From contig CAMOZY010000004.1 of the NCBI GenBank assembly GCA_946631295.1, positions 2,316 to 66,315 on the forward strand: DNA of 64,000 nucleotides. Direction: 5' to 3'. Every line of letters starts with the position of its first letter. Within the stretch, counting starts at the first letter, position 1. Below are positions 28,144-37,033 of the stretch, piece by piece. This stretch comes from an uncultured Lachnospiraceae bacterium (GTDB taxonomy: Bacteria > Bacillota > Clostridia > Lachnospirales > Lachnospiraceae). Both the position numbers and the translations under genes were made by a program. Under the pieces are notes generated by a model. It did no database searches. It saw only the letters and a program-made list of their open reading frames with translations, and was not told where the DNA came from.

Positions 28144-29769
28144 TCATCTTCCGAAAAGTTCCTTTTTTCTTGATACAAGTTCGGGGATTCTTTCCGTATA
28201 ATCCTTAACATCCTTGAAGTTTTCACATCTTGTGATATCAAGATTCATGGATCCGCCGGATGCAAGGATTTCAGCAAGGCTTTTATGTGCGATATCGCCG
28301 GAACCGGTACCCGCACCTAAGCGATCCTCAGAAGCGGTAACCTTCTTGGTAATTGTTCCTGCCCCGAATCCAAGGATACTCTGAACCTCCTCCATCATCG
28401 CGACATTATATACGCATTCTTTTCCGGGAAGGGAATATCCGACATTCTCGAATCCTCCGGACATATCCTTCTGTCTGTACAGGTAATACGGTTTAAGCCC
28501 TATGCTTTCCGCACCGCATCTTGCAATTTCCTGAACCTCTTCGGTATTTGTTATCGCTGAATAACCGTTCTTTTCAAGCCACTCTCCCATGGCGGATGCA
28601 CGTTTTAATGCAAGCGAATGAACAGTCAGTGAATCAGGCTTAAGCTTCATGATAACATCCATGGTATGACTCACCTCGGCTGCTCCTTCTCCCGGAAGTC
28701 CAAGTATGATGTCCATGTTGATATTGTCAAATCCAAGTTCCCTTGCCAGTTCGAATGCCCTTACCGTATCATCTGCCCCCGCCTTTCTTCCGATAATGTC
28801 GAGAGTCTTCTGGTTGAAGGTCTGGGGATTTACAGAAATCCTTGATATTCCGTGCTTTCTGAGGACTCGTAATTTTTCTTCCGTTATCGAATCCGCACGT
28901 CCCGCTTCTACCGTAAATTCAATTCCGGGTCCCGTAAAATACAGATCTTCCGCAGCAGAGATTATACGGTCAAGCTGAACAGCAGAAAGAGCCGTAGGCG
29001 TTCCGCCACCCATATATACACTGTCAGGAGCGATTCCCGGGATCAGTCCCGTGCACTCCTTCATTTCCCTGATAAGTGCTTCCACATATCCGTCGCCTCT
29101 GTCCTTAACAGATGAAAGCGGATAAGCGGTAAATGAACAGTACAGGCATCTCGTAGGACAGAAAGGTATCCCGATATAAAGAGAATATCCTCCTGTATAC
29201 CCGCGCACATCACCTGTAGCAGATTTCTCCCTGTGCTCACTCTGTGATAAGACATTCAGTTCCGTTACAGCTATATCCCAGGAGGCCTTAATCTTTTCAT
29301 CCGTAACAAGGTATTCGGATTTGTAATAATCCTGTGCTTCGTGCCTTCCTCTTCCCTCAAAAGCACAGACAAATGCAGGCTTTGTCGGACGGACGCCATT
29401 CATCATTCCCCACGGAAGTTCACGCCCTGTATCTTCCCGGAAAAGAGAATAAAGCTTCCTGCAAAGAGCCTTCTTGTGAACGGTAAAATCATCAGCTTTA
29501 AGATCATCAGTTTTTGTGGCAGCGTTTTTAAACAGATCACAGGCTGCATATTTGTATGTGTTTCCCCTGAAGCTCACTTCAGCACTTCCGTCATTCAAAA
29601 CCTTAACGCTGAAGAAATAACCCAGACTTTCGGCTTCAGCCTTAACATCATCTCTGCTTTCAGGCACTACGGGTTTAATGTCGTTTTCCGCATAAAAAGA
29701 CCGAAGAAGGGCCAATACATCCATAAGGTACTTCTCCGGTTCTATATACACATAAGTCTTATTATTCAT
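28144..29769 (-). CDS. hemZ: HemZ-type radical SAM protein (coproporphyrinogen dehydrogenase-like family)
   Basis: LPWG...GVRPTK, YIGIPFCPTRCLYCSF, TVEAGRADS, PYYLYRQK, ENVGY. Confidence 0.92.
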   Translation of the reverse strand: MNNKTYVYIEPEKYLMDVLALLRSFYAENDIKPVVPESRDDVKAEAESLGYFFSVKVLNDGSAEVSFRGNTYKYAACDLFKNAATKTDDLKADDFTVHKKALCRKLYSLFREDTGRELPWGMMNGVRPTKPAFVCAFEGRGRHEAQDYYKSEYLVTDEKIKASWDIAVTELNVLSQSEHREKSATGDVRGYTGGYSLYIGIPFCPTRCLYCSFTAYPLSSVKDRGDGYVEALIREMKECTGLIPGIAPDSVYMGGGTPTALSAVQLDRIISAAEDLYFTGPGIEFTVEAGRADSITEEKLRVLRKHGISRISVNPQTFNQKTLDIIGRKAGADDTVRAFELARELGFDNINMDIILGLPGEGAAEVSHTMDVIMKLKPDSLTVHSLALKRASAMGEWLEKNGYSAITNTEEVQEIARCGAESIGLKPYYLYRQKDMSGGFENVGYSLPGKECVYNVAMMEEVQSILGFGAGTITKKVTASEDRLGAGTGSGDIAHKSLAEILASGGSMNLDITRCENFKDVKDYTERIPELVSRKKELFGR

Positions 29770-29787
29770 CAGTACTCTCTTTTATCA

Positions 29788-30879
29788 TCAATCCCTGAAA
29801 TGGACCTTTCTTCCGGTTTTATCCATTTCCGCCTTTATCTTAGCCTTGTCTTCATACATGAGTTCATCGGCTTTTTTGATCATATCTTCAAGGCTTCCTT
29901 CTTCCGAAAAACCGAACGCACATGAATAGCCGGCTTCATCAACAGCTTTTCTCATAGCCTCAACTCTCCCGGCTATGTCCCGGCTTCCTTTTTTACTGCA
30001 AAGAACCATGAACTCGTCGCCGCCGATACGGTATACCTTATCCTGGACCGATACGTTTTCCTTAAAGCACTTTGACACAGCGGTAATGCCTTTATCTCCT
30101 GCTGCATGCCCGTATGTGTCGTTGAGCCATTTAAGCTCATTCATATCTATTGAAATAACACCGGAGATGCCATCGGAATTTTTTTCAAGATGGCTGTAAT
30201 ACGATTGTCTGTTCAGAAGTCCGGTAAGAGCATCTCTTTTTGTAAACTGCGAATAAGTATACAGATAATACATCGTAAGTGAGGTACCGAATGTATAATT
30301 CACAAGAGTGTTATTTTGATATCCAAGCATGCCAAACGCGGCAGTTCCCACAGCAGCTATGGCCATAACAAAGACCACAAAACTCTCTTCAATGGAATGA
30401 TCAGATACAACTCTTATTGAAATAACAACAAGTGCCACTAAATAAAAAGCACTGACAATGTATGGGGTATAACCGAGAGGACCTCTCTGAAAATGATTAT
30501 CTTCATCAAAGTAAAATACAATTTTGGAAAAAAAACACGTAAAAGACAAAATGGCATTTATAGCAGCCGGAATAGTAAGCAGTCTGCTGGAGTTATCATA
30601 AACGATAAAGACCATCATCATTATTATGATCGGACGCAGACTGTAACAGAGTGCGGAAAAAGCAAAGCGCCATGGGGTAGGATAAGGCAGATTGCCATAA
30701 TATGCCTCGATACTGTCAAAGACAGAAAGAAATAAGATCATAACTATCGTCATACGAAATTCAAAGATCATATCCTTCCTGAGAAAAACATCATATGCAG
30801 ACAAAGCAAGCATGCCGAGCAGCATGAATACCAGAACATAATTATCAAGTAAGTAATTGTCGATAAAATCCATTATCAT
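29788..30879 (-). CDS. Membrane-bound diguanylate cyclase (about 7 TM + GGDEF)
   Basis: DALTGLLNR, DMNELKWLNDTYGHAAGD, intact RIGGDEF; no RxxD I-site (SVQD). Confidence 0.92.
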   Translation of the reverse strand: MIMDFIDNYLLDNYVLVFMLLGMLALSAYDVFLRKDMIFEFRMTIVMILFLSVFDSIEAYYGNLPYPTPWRFAFSALCYSLRPIIIMMMVFIVYDNSSRLLTIPAAINAILSFTCFFSKIVFYFDEDNHFQRGPLGYTPYIVSAFYLVALVVISIRVVSDHSIEESFVVFVMAIAAVGTAAFGMLGYQNNTLVNYTFGTSLTMYYLYTYSQFTKRDALTGLLNRQSYYSHLEKNSDGISGVISIDMNELKWLNDTYGHAAGDKGITAVSKCFKENVSVQDKVYRIGGDEFMVLCSKKGSRDIAGRVEAMRKAVDEAGYSCAFGFSEEGSLEDMIKKADELMYEDKAKIKAEMDKTGRKVHFRD

Positions 30880-30923
30880 CCCTCGTCATAAGATGTTTTC
30901 ACCGATAGAACTGCCTGTATCAT

Positions 30924-31586
30924 TCAGGCAAAAAAGGGATTGTATCTCTTCTCGTGTCCTATGGTAGTGGAACCACCGTGACCTGGATAAACTTCGGTCT
31001 CATCCGGAAGAGTAAAGAGCTTTTCCGTAATGCTCTTTTCCATAACAGAAGCGCTTCCGCCCTTAAAATCTGTTCTTCCTACAGATTCTTCAAAAAGCGT
31101 ATCTCCCGAAATGAGGAATCCGGCCTCTTCGATATAATAGGATGCGCTGCCGGGAGTATGTCCGGGGGTGAAAATAACTTTTATCCTAATTCCGGCTATC
31201 TCAATCTCCTGACCATCCTCCACCCAGACATTTGGCCTGAGCGTCATGGGAGTTCCAAACTGTGCGGTCATGTTATATCCGGAATCGGAAAGCATTTCTT
31301 CTTCCGATGAAGGAGCATAGATCTTAACAGCTTCCTCTCCTCTTGAATTAGCAAGACTTCCGGCTGACAGCCTTACATCCTGCGCACCCATGATATGATC
31401 AAAATGGCCGTGTGTAAGGAAAAGAGCCCTTACATGAAATCCTGCGCCTTCGATACGTCTTACTATTTCTTTTCCGGTATCGGGAGCATCAAATACTATA
31501 CAGTCAGGCGAGCCTTCTCTGTACACAAAATAGCAGTTGGTCTGAACCGCACCTATGACCATTCCGCCGATCTTTATATCTCCCAT
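30924..31586 (-). CDS. MBL-fold metallo-hydrolase (glyoxalase II-like)
   Basis: THGHFDH, TPGHT, SGDTLF, YPGHG. Confidence 0.92.
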   Translation of the reverse strand: MGDIKIGGMVIGAVQTNCYFVYREGSPDCIVFDAPDTGKEIVRRIEGAGFHVRALFLTHGHFDHIMGAQDVRLSAGSLANSRGEEAVKIYAPSSEEEMLSDSGYNMTAQFGTPMTLRPNVWVEDGQEIEIAGIRIKVIFTPGHTPGSASYYIEEAGFLISGDTLFEESVGRTDFKGGSASVMEKSITEKLFTLPDETEVYPGHGGSTTIGHEKRYNPFFA

Positions 31587-31597
31587 AATAAATCTCC

Positions 31598-33913
31598 TCA
31601 GCCGCTCGCTCTTTCAATATCAACCACACCGGGAACAGAACGTATCTTGTCGCATATTGACTCAAGTTCTTCCCTTCCGTGTATTTCGAATGTAAGCATG
31701 ATCGTTGCAATCTGCTGCTTATTTACACGGGTGTTGACTCCGATAAGAGAAATGTTCTTCTCTGTAAATATCCTTGAAATATCCGCAAGAAGACCGCTTC
31801 TGTCATTTGCATAGATCCTGATCTCAACCTCATAGCTTCCGCTCTGTGAATCAAGAGATCCTGGTGCCCATGAAGCCTCGATAAGTCTCGATCTTTCATC
31901 GGAGGGAAGTGCAAGGATATTGATACAGTCCGTTCTGTGTATCGATATTCCTCTTCCTCTTGTTACGAATCCGACTATCTCATCGCCGGGAACAGGCGAA
32001 CAGCACCTTGAAAATCTTACGGACAGATCCGTAATTCCCTTGACGGTGATACCGCCGTTATTGCCGTGTGAATGTCTGACCTGCGCGTTCTGATTATTCT
32101 CTGCGATCTGTGCGATAACTTCCTCATTGGAAAGTATCGTGGGATGATCCTTCTCGTAAAGAGCTTCAAGTCTTCCGAGGACCTGTCCCTCTTTAAGCGC
32201 TCCTCTTCCCACAGCAGCAAGTATCGAACTCCAGTCCTGATAACAGTACTTGGATGCAATATCCTGCTGGTAATCCGGAGTCATGATCGCATAGATATCA
32301 ACTCCGCGTGCCTTGGCATAGCTCAGGAGCATATCCTTTCCCTTGGCGATATTGTCGTCCTTGGATACGTTCTTGAACCACTGGTTTATCTTATTCTTGG
32401 CCTGTGTGCTCTTGACTATGTTCAGCCAGTCAGCACTGGGCCCCTTTATATTTCCGCTGGTGATTATCTCTATTCTGTCACCGTTTTTGATACGGTAATC
32501 GATGGGAACCAGCTTTCCGTTGACTCTCGCACCTACCATTCGGTTTCCGACAGCGGAATGGATTGCATATGCAAAATCTATAGGACATGAGCCCGAAGGA
32601 AGATTCTTGACCTCACCGGTCGGTGTAAAACAGTAAACCGAATCGGAAAAAAGATCCAGGTCATTCTTCAGCAGGTTCATGAATTCCCTGTTATCGGTCA
32701 TATCCTGCTGCCACTCAAGGATCTGTCTGAGCCAGGTCAGCTTCTCTTCTTCTCCGACCTCAGGACTCTTTCCGTCCGAAACTTCCTTATATTTCCAGTG
32801 AGCCGCAATACCGTATTCAGCAGCCTTATGCATCTCAAAGGTTCTGATCTGGATCTCAAAAGGCTGTCCATCCTTACCGATGAGAGTGGTATGCAGTGAC
32901 TGGTACATGTTCTCCTTCGGCATGGCAATATAATCCTTGAATCTGCCGGGGATTGGTTTGTAATTCTCGTGCATGACTCCGAGAGCTGCATAACAATCCA
33001 TTACGGAATCAACGATTATCCTTACCGCAAAGAGATCATATATCTGATCCAGAGTCTTGCCCTGGTTTTTCATCTTTTTATAAATTGAAAAGAAGTGCTT
33101 AACCCTGCCGTTAACCTTGGCATGGATGCCTGCTTCGTCTATATAGCCCTTTACTTCTTTTACGATGGATTCGATATAAGCTTCACGCTCTGTTTTCTTT
33201 TCCGCGATAGCGTTCTTCAGGTCGTTATACGCCTGGGGCTCGAGATATTTAAGAGACAGATCGTCAAGTTCAACCTTGATCCTGCTGATACCAAGACGCT
33301 GTGCGATCGGACAGTAGATATCCAGAGTTTCTCTTGCAATACGTATCTGGCTTGCAGGAGGCTGGTACTGGAGCGTACGCATATTGTGAAGGCGGTCCGC
33401 AAGCTTGATCATTATGACTCTGATGTCACGTGCCATGGCATAGAACATCTTACGAAGATTCTCTGCCTGCATCTCAAATCTTTCTTCAGTCTTGTCCGAA
33501 ACATGCGTAAGAGGTATGCTCTCGAGCTTGGTAACACCCGATACAAGAAGCGTTACTTCGTCTCCGAATTCCTGTCTGAGCTTCATCTCGGAGACATCGG
33601 TATCTTCGAGAACATCATGAAGAAGTCCCGCTGCTATGGTCTCCTTGTCCATTTCAAGTTCTGACAGGATTATTGAAACATTCAACGGATGGATTATATA
33701 GGGTTCACCTGATTTTCTGACCTGTCCTTCATGCGCTTTGCTGGCAAGAGCATAGGCCTTCTCGATCATGGAGATATCATCACTGGGATGATATTTGCGG
33801 ACATTAAGAGTAAGCTCCTTGTAAAGGAGCTCAGGATCCGTGAAATCTACATTTTGACATATGCCGCCCCTTTCGGTGACGGCACAATCTTTTATATCAC
33901 TTATATCCTTCAT
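31598..33913 (-). CDS. rel: Bifunctional (p)ppGpp synthetase/hydrolase Rel
   Basis: HD motif LLHDVLED, KLADRLHNMRTL, DLFAVR, YQSLHTT, TGS (DFAYAIHS), ZFD Cys, C-terminal ACT. Confidence 0.97.
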   Translation of the reverse strand: MKDISDIKDCAVTERGGICQNVDFTDPELLYKELTLNVRKYHPSDDISMIEKAYALASKAHEGQVRKSGEPYIIHPLNVSIILSELEMDKETIAAGLLHDVLEDTDVSEMKLRQEFGDEVTLLVSGVTKLESIPLTHVSDKTEERFEMQAENLRKMFYAMARDIRVIMIKLADRLHNMRTLQYQPPASQIRIARETLDIYCPIAQRLGISRIKVELDDLSLKYLEPQAYNDLKNAIAEKKTEREAYIESIVKEVKGYIDEAGIHAKVNGRVKHFFSIYKKMKNQGKTLDQIYDLFAVRIIVDSVMDCYAALGVMHENYKPIPGRFKDYIAMPKENMYQSLHTTLIGKDGQPFEIQIRTFEMHKAAEYGIAAHWKYKEVSDGKSPEVGEEEKLTWLRQILEWQQDMTDNREFMNLLKNDLDLFSDSVYCFTPTGEVKNLPSGSCPIDFAYAIHSAVGNRMVGARVNGKLVPIDYRIKNGDRIEIITSGNIKGPSADWLNIVKSTQAKNKINQWFKNVSKDDNIAKGKDMLLSYAKARGVDIYAIMTPDYQQDIASKYCYQDWSSILAAVGRGALKEGQVLGRLEALYEKDHPTILSNEEVIAQIAENNQNAQVRHSHGNNGGITVKGITDLSVRFSRCCSPVPGDEIVGFVTRGRGISIHRTDCINILALPSDERSRLIEASWAPGSLDSQSGSYEVEIRIYANDRSGLLADISRIFTEKNISLIGVNTRVNKQQIATIMLTFEIHGREELESICDKIRSVPGVVDIERASG

Positions 33914-33982
33914 AACTCTTAATCTTTAAGCAGCATCAGACAGCAACCCTTTTCACTGCCTTCATCGCAGCAGCTTTCTTAA

Positions 33983-34507
33983 TTACTTTCCGGGATAAAT
34001 GATACAGGAATTAAGTCTGTAATCACCTATCTTCTTACGTCCCTCTAATCCCGCAAGTTCCATAACCACGGAAACGCCTACAACCTCGCCGCCAAGCTCT
34101 TCGATAAGCTCGATCATGGCCTTGGTTGTTCCGCCGGTTGCGATAAGATCATCGACAATAAGAACCTTCTGTCCGGGCTTGATCGAATCCTTGTGCATCT
34201 CGATCGTAGCGGTGCCGTACTCAAGATCATATGTCTTCTCAACAGTTTCTCTGGGAAGCTTTCCCTTTTTTCTGATGAGAACAAAAGGCTTATGAAGATT
34301 GTATGCTATGGGCATTCCGAAGATAAAGCCTCTTGATTCGGGCCCTACGACAATATCAAAATCAAGATCCTTAATCTGTTCCTGCATTGTGTCGATAGCA
34401 AGCTTAAGGCCGTCAGCATCCTGAAGAACCGATGTGATGTCCCTGAACATGATACCCTTCTCAGGAAAATCGGGAATAGTTGTTACATAATCTTCAAGTT
34501 TTTTCAT
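33983..34507 (-). CDS. apt: Adenine phosphoribosyltransferase; start likely 34507 (TAATG overlap)
   Basis: PDFPEKGIMFRDIT, ESRGFIFG, RKKGKLP, LEYG, VDDLIATGGT. Confidence 0.97.
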   Translation of the reverse strand: MKKLEDYVTTIPDFPEKGIMFRDITSVLQDADGLKLAIDTMQEQIKDLDFDIVVGPESRGFIFGMPIAYNLHKPFVLIRKKGKLPRETVEKTYDLEYGTATIEMHKDSIKPGQKVLIVDDLIATGGTTKAMIELIEELGGEVVGVSVVMELAGLEGRKKIGDYRLNSCIIYPGK

Positions 34508-35025
34508 TATTTTGCCTTTCCGCAGCACTTCTTGTACTTCTTGCCGCTTCCGCAGGGGCAGGGATCGTTGGGATATACCTTCTTGCCTTCGCGCTTAACG
34601 GTTCCTGCAATCTTTTCTTCATGATAGAGCTCTTTTCTCTTAGCCTCATCGAAGATGGAATTCCACTCGGGAAGGTTATAGAGCCAGTCTGCTCCGGCAC
34701 CAACCATGTTCTTGTAAAGAAGTTCCTTATCGAACGCAAGAGAAACCTCTGTATCTTCAGTCATCTCTTCGATGGGATTCTGAACCTTAAGGCTGTCATT
34801 GATTCCATCAAGGAATCCGGTCATATACATAAGATCAATGCCATACTTAGCGGCAAGATCCTTAACTGTTCCTTTTACCTCTTCATCGGGATTCTTCAGA
34901 AGTTCTGCGTAGATATCCCTCTCTTTTGCAAAATAGTCACTCCAGAGTCTCTGCATCTGACCTCTGTCGGTCTTCTCGTTATATGCAAGTGCTCTCCAAT
35001 CATCAAGTAATGCCATATCGGTCAT
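34507..35025 (-). CDS. SEC-C motif domain protein
   Basis: C-terminal [19 protein letters not shown]; SD GAAAGGAG. Confidence 0.9.
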   Translation of the reverse strand: MTDMALLDDWRALAYNEKTDRGQMQRLWSDYFAKERDIYAELLKNPDEEVKGTVKDLAAKYGIDLMYMTGFLDGINDSLKVQNPIEEMTEDTEVSLAFDKELLYKNMVGAGADWLYNLPEWNSIFDEAKRKELYHEEKIAGTVKREGKKVYPNDPCPCGSGKKYKKCCGKAK

Positions 35026-35189
35026 ACTCCTTTCGGTTTCAAAAAAATCAACGTTAATTATATAACAAAACCCTTATATAAACAATATTTTAAGGTTTTT
35101 TAGCCTTTATTTTCCGCCCTCTTGCGGAAAAATAAAATGGACGGCCTTTATTACTAAAAGCCGCCCAAATAAATCATTTACAATCCTGA

Positions 35190-36170
35190 TCAGTCATCAT
35201 AAGGATGAATGGTCTCAATGGTTCCGTCCTCTGAGATATTAAGTTTGGTGTACTTTACACATCTTTCATGAGTGATACCCTTTGAAAGCTCACAGTCATG
35301 ATAGAAAATGTACCACTCTCCGTCTATCTCAAGGATTGAGTGATGGGTAGTCCATCCGAGAACAGGCTCCATTATCCTTCCCTTATAAGTGAAAGGTCCC
35401 TCGGGCTTATCTCCCTCTGCATAGCACAGATAATGGGTTGTGCCTGTAGAATAAGAGAAATAATACTTTCCGTTATACTTGTAAACCCAGGGATCTTCGA
35501 AATATCTGCGGTCCTCATCACAAGCCTTGATGGGATCTCCGTTTTCATCAAGGATCTCGATGTGCTTAGGAGCAGATACAAATCCTGTCATATCCTGCTT
35601 AAACTCTGCAAAAAGAGGTCCGAGTGCGGGAACTTCTCCCTCAGGTCTGGGCTCATCGGGATTAAACTCTCCTGACTGCCACATCTCAAGCTGTCCGCCC
35701 CAGAGTCCGCCGTTATAGCAGTAGATTCTTCCGTCATCGTCAACAAGAACAGCGGGATCGATGCTGTAGCTGCCTTCGATGAAATTCTCCTGAGGCTTGA
35801 AGGGTCCGACAGGGCTGTCTGACTCTGCAACACCTATACGGAACTTGCCTTCGTGATCCTTTGCAGGAAAAACGAGATAGTACTTTCCGTTTACTTTAAT
35901 GCAATCGGGAGCCCACATCTGCTGCTTAACCCAGGGAATATCCTTATAATTGATCGCAACTCCGTTATCAACGCAGGGAGAATCCAGATTATCCATTGAA
36001 AGCACATGATAATCTTCCATCATGTACTGTGCTCCGTCATCATCGTCGGGAACATCCAGCTCAATGTCATGTGAAGGATAGATATAGATCTTTCCGTCAA
36101 AAACATGAGCGGAAGGATCTGCGGTAAACATATGTGTTACCAGAGGTTTTCTTTCATTAGGTCTTCTCAT
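35190..36170 (-). CDS. GH43 beta-xylosidase/arabinofuranosidase (GH43_1-like, no signal peptide)
   Basis: TADPSAH, YPSHD, WAPD, SIDPAV, YFEDPW, WTTHHSI. Confidence 0.92.
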   Translation of the reverse strand: MRRPNERKPLVTHMFTADPSAHVFDGKIYIYPSHDIELDVPDDDDGAQYMMEDYHVLSMDNLDSPCVDNGVAINYKDIPWVKQQMWAPDCIKVNGKYYLVFPAKDHEGKFRIGVAESDSPVGPFKPQENFIEGSYSIDPAVLVDDDGRIYCYNGGLWGGQLEMWQSGEFNPDEPRPEGEVPALGPLFAEFKQDMTGFVSAPKHIEILDENGDPIKACDEDRRYFEDPWVYKYNGKYYFSYSTGTTHYLCYAEGDKPEGPFTYKGRIMEPVLGWTTHHSILEIDGEWYIFYHDCELSKGITHERCVKYTKLNISEDGTIETIHPYDD

Positions 36171-36311
36171 AGTATATTTCCCTTTCAGAAAATAATAATC
36201 GTTACAGATATATATTATTCACAAAGGGAAAAAATAACTCTTCAAAACTTGCCATGTATTGGTTAATTATTTTCAGTATGTACGTATCACCCGCATTTTT
36301 ATGCATCTTCA

Positions 36312-36395
36312 ATGACAGGAATATTAATCCTTCATATAACGATTTCGTTCGGTTTGGGATATACCATCGGACGCAATAATATTACACGAAAATAG
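36312..36395 (+). CDS. 27-aa hydrophobic micro-ORF, type I toxin-like (possibly a degenerate remnant)
   Basis: MTGILILHITISFGLGYTIGRNNITRK; the stop lies inside the stem of a bidirectional terminator; no clear SD. Confidence 0.45.
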   Translation: MTGILILHITISFGLGYTIGRNNITRK

Positions 36396-36476
36396 CCGCC
36401 CCGGTCAGCAAACTTGAGCGGCTAATTCGTTAGCTATTTTCGAGAAGGACTGGCCGTTGCCGGTGGCATCCTTTCT
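36388..36476 (-). ncRNA. Candidate antisense/antitoxin small RNA
   Basis: TTGACA-17-TAATAT promoter with TGn extension (36510-36482), no ORF, ends in TAGCCGC...GCGGCTA-TTTT. Confidence 0.6.
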
Positions 36477-36481
36477 TGATT

Positions 36482-36510
36482 ATATTAACATCCCATATGT
36501 ATTATGTCAA
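36482..36510 (-). promoter_or_regulatory. Near-consensus sigma-A promoter driving the candidate sRNA
   Basis: TTGACA 36510-36505, 17-nt spacer ending TGT, TAATAT 36487-36482. Confidence 0.75.
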
Positions 36511-36574
36511 AAATAATAAGTGACAGGTACGTTTATATATAATCCCACCGATATTATCTGATTTTCCCGCCGAA

Positions 36575-36756
36575 CCGACCGAGTGATGCGCATGCGCATC
36601 ACGAGATATGAACCCACACGGGTTCAACGGAGCCGTTGCGCGGAAGGCGGGGCGCATGACGTCCGGTGGACGTCAGAATTGCGCCGACCGAGGGGCACTC
36701 CCCAGTGCCCCGAGATATGAACCCGGCGGGGATCACGGAACGCCCTCGGCGTTCCG
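36575..36756. repeat. GC-rich two-unit structured repeat (109-nt period) with multiple hairpins
   Basis: CCGACCGAG-[20-nt hairpin]-GAGATATGAACCC-N4-GGG(T/A)TCA at 36575 and 36684; further hairpins at 36651-36685 and 36736-36756. Confidence 0.8.
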
Positions 36757-36804
36757 AAATAGAAAAATCCACTTGAGGAATTTCCTCAAGTGGATTTTCT
36801 ATTT
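36757..36804 (-). terminator. Long near-perfect inverted repeat terminating the tRNA
   Basis: AAATAGAAAAATCCACTTGAGGAA / TTTCCTCAAGTGGATTTTCTATTT. Confidence 0.8.
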
Positions 36805-36808
36805 GGAA

Positions 36809-36892
36809 TGCGGAAGGCGGGACTTGAACCCGCACGACCTTGCAGCCACAAGAACCTTAATCTTGCTTGTCTACCAATTCCAACACTTCCGC
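36809..36892 (-). tRNA. tRNA-Leu(AAG), 84 nt, long variable arm, CCA not encoded
   Basis: GCGGAAG acceptor stem, D-loop GGAATTGGTAGAC, anticodon arm CAAGA-TT AAG GT-TCTTG (anticodon 36858-36856), T-loop GGTTCAAGTCC, discriminator A. Confidence 0.95.
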
Positions 36893-36903
36893 GAACAGTA
36901 GAT

Positions 36904-36932
36904 AATTTATCAGAATTACACTGACTTGTCAA
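36904..36932 (-). promoter_or_regulatory. tRNA promoter
   Basis: TTGACA 36932-36927, 17-nt spacer ending TGA, TAAATT 36909-36904. Confidence 0.75.
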
Positions 36933-36978
36933 CAACTTTTTATATTTATTTTTTTAGTTTTTTCTTGCTTATTTTTTT

Positions 36979-37010
36979 AATGCGGGTTACGGGCTGAAAC
37001 CCGCATTTTT
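36979..37010. terminator. Bidirectional terminator-like hairpin after the CPBP gene
   Basis: AATGCGGG...CCCGCATT with flanking T-tracts. Confidence 0.6.
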
Positions 37011-37033
37011 ACTGTATTTTTTAGACTCAATAA

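Noticed and set aside
29341-29925. 194-aa plus-strand ORF
   Set aside because: Antisense to hemZ and the GGDEF gene, no motifs, no SD; a shadow ORF.
36575-36756. Possible CRISPR mini-array or degenerate second tRNA
   Set aside because: Only two units, the variable parts are themselves hairpins, and no cloverleaf forms; kept as a structured repeat.
36599-36901. 78-aa and 97-aa ORFs over the structured repeat and tRNA
   Set aside because: They run through a tRNA, terminator and palindromic repeat; not protein-like.
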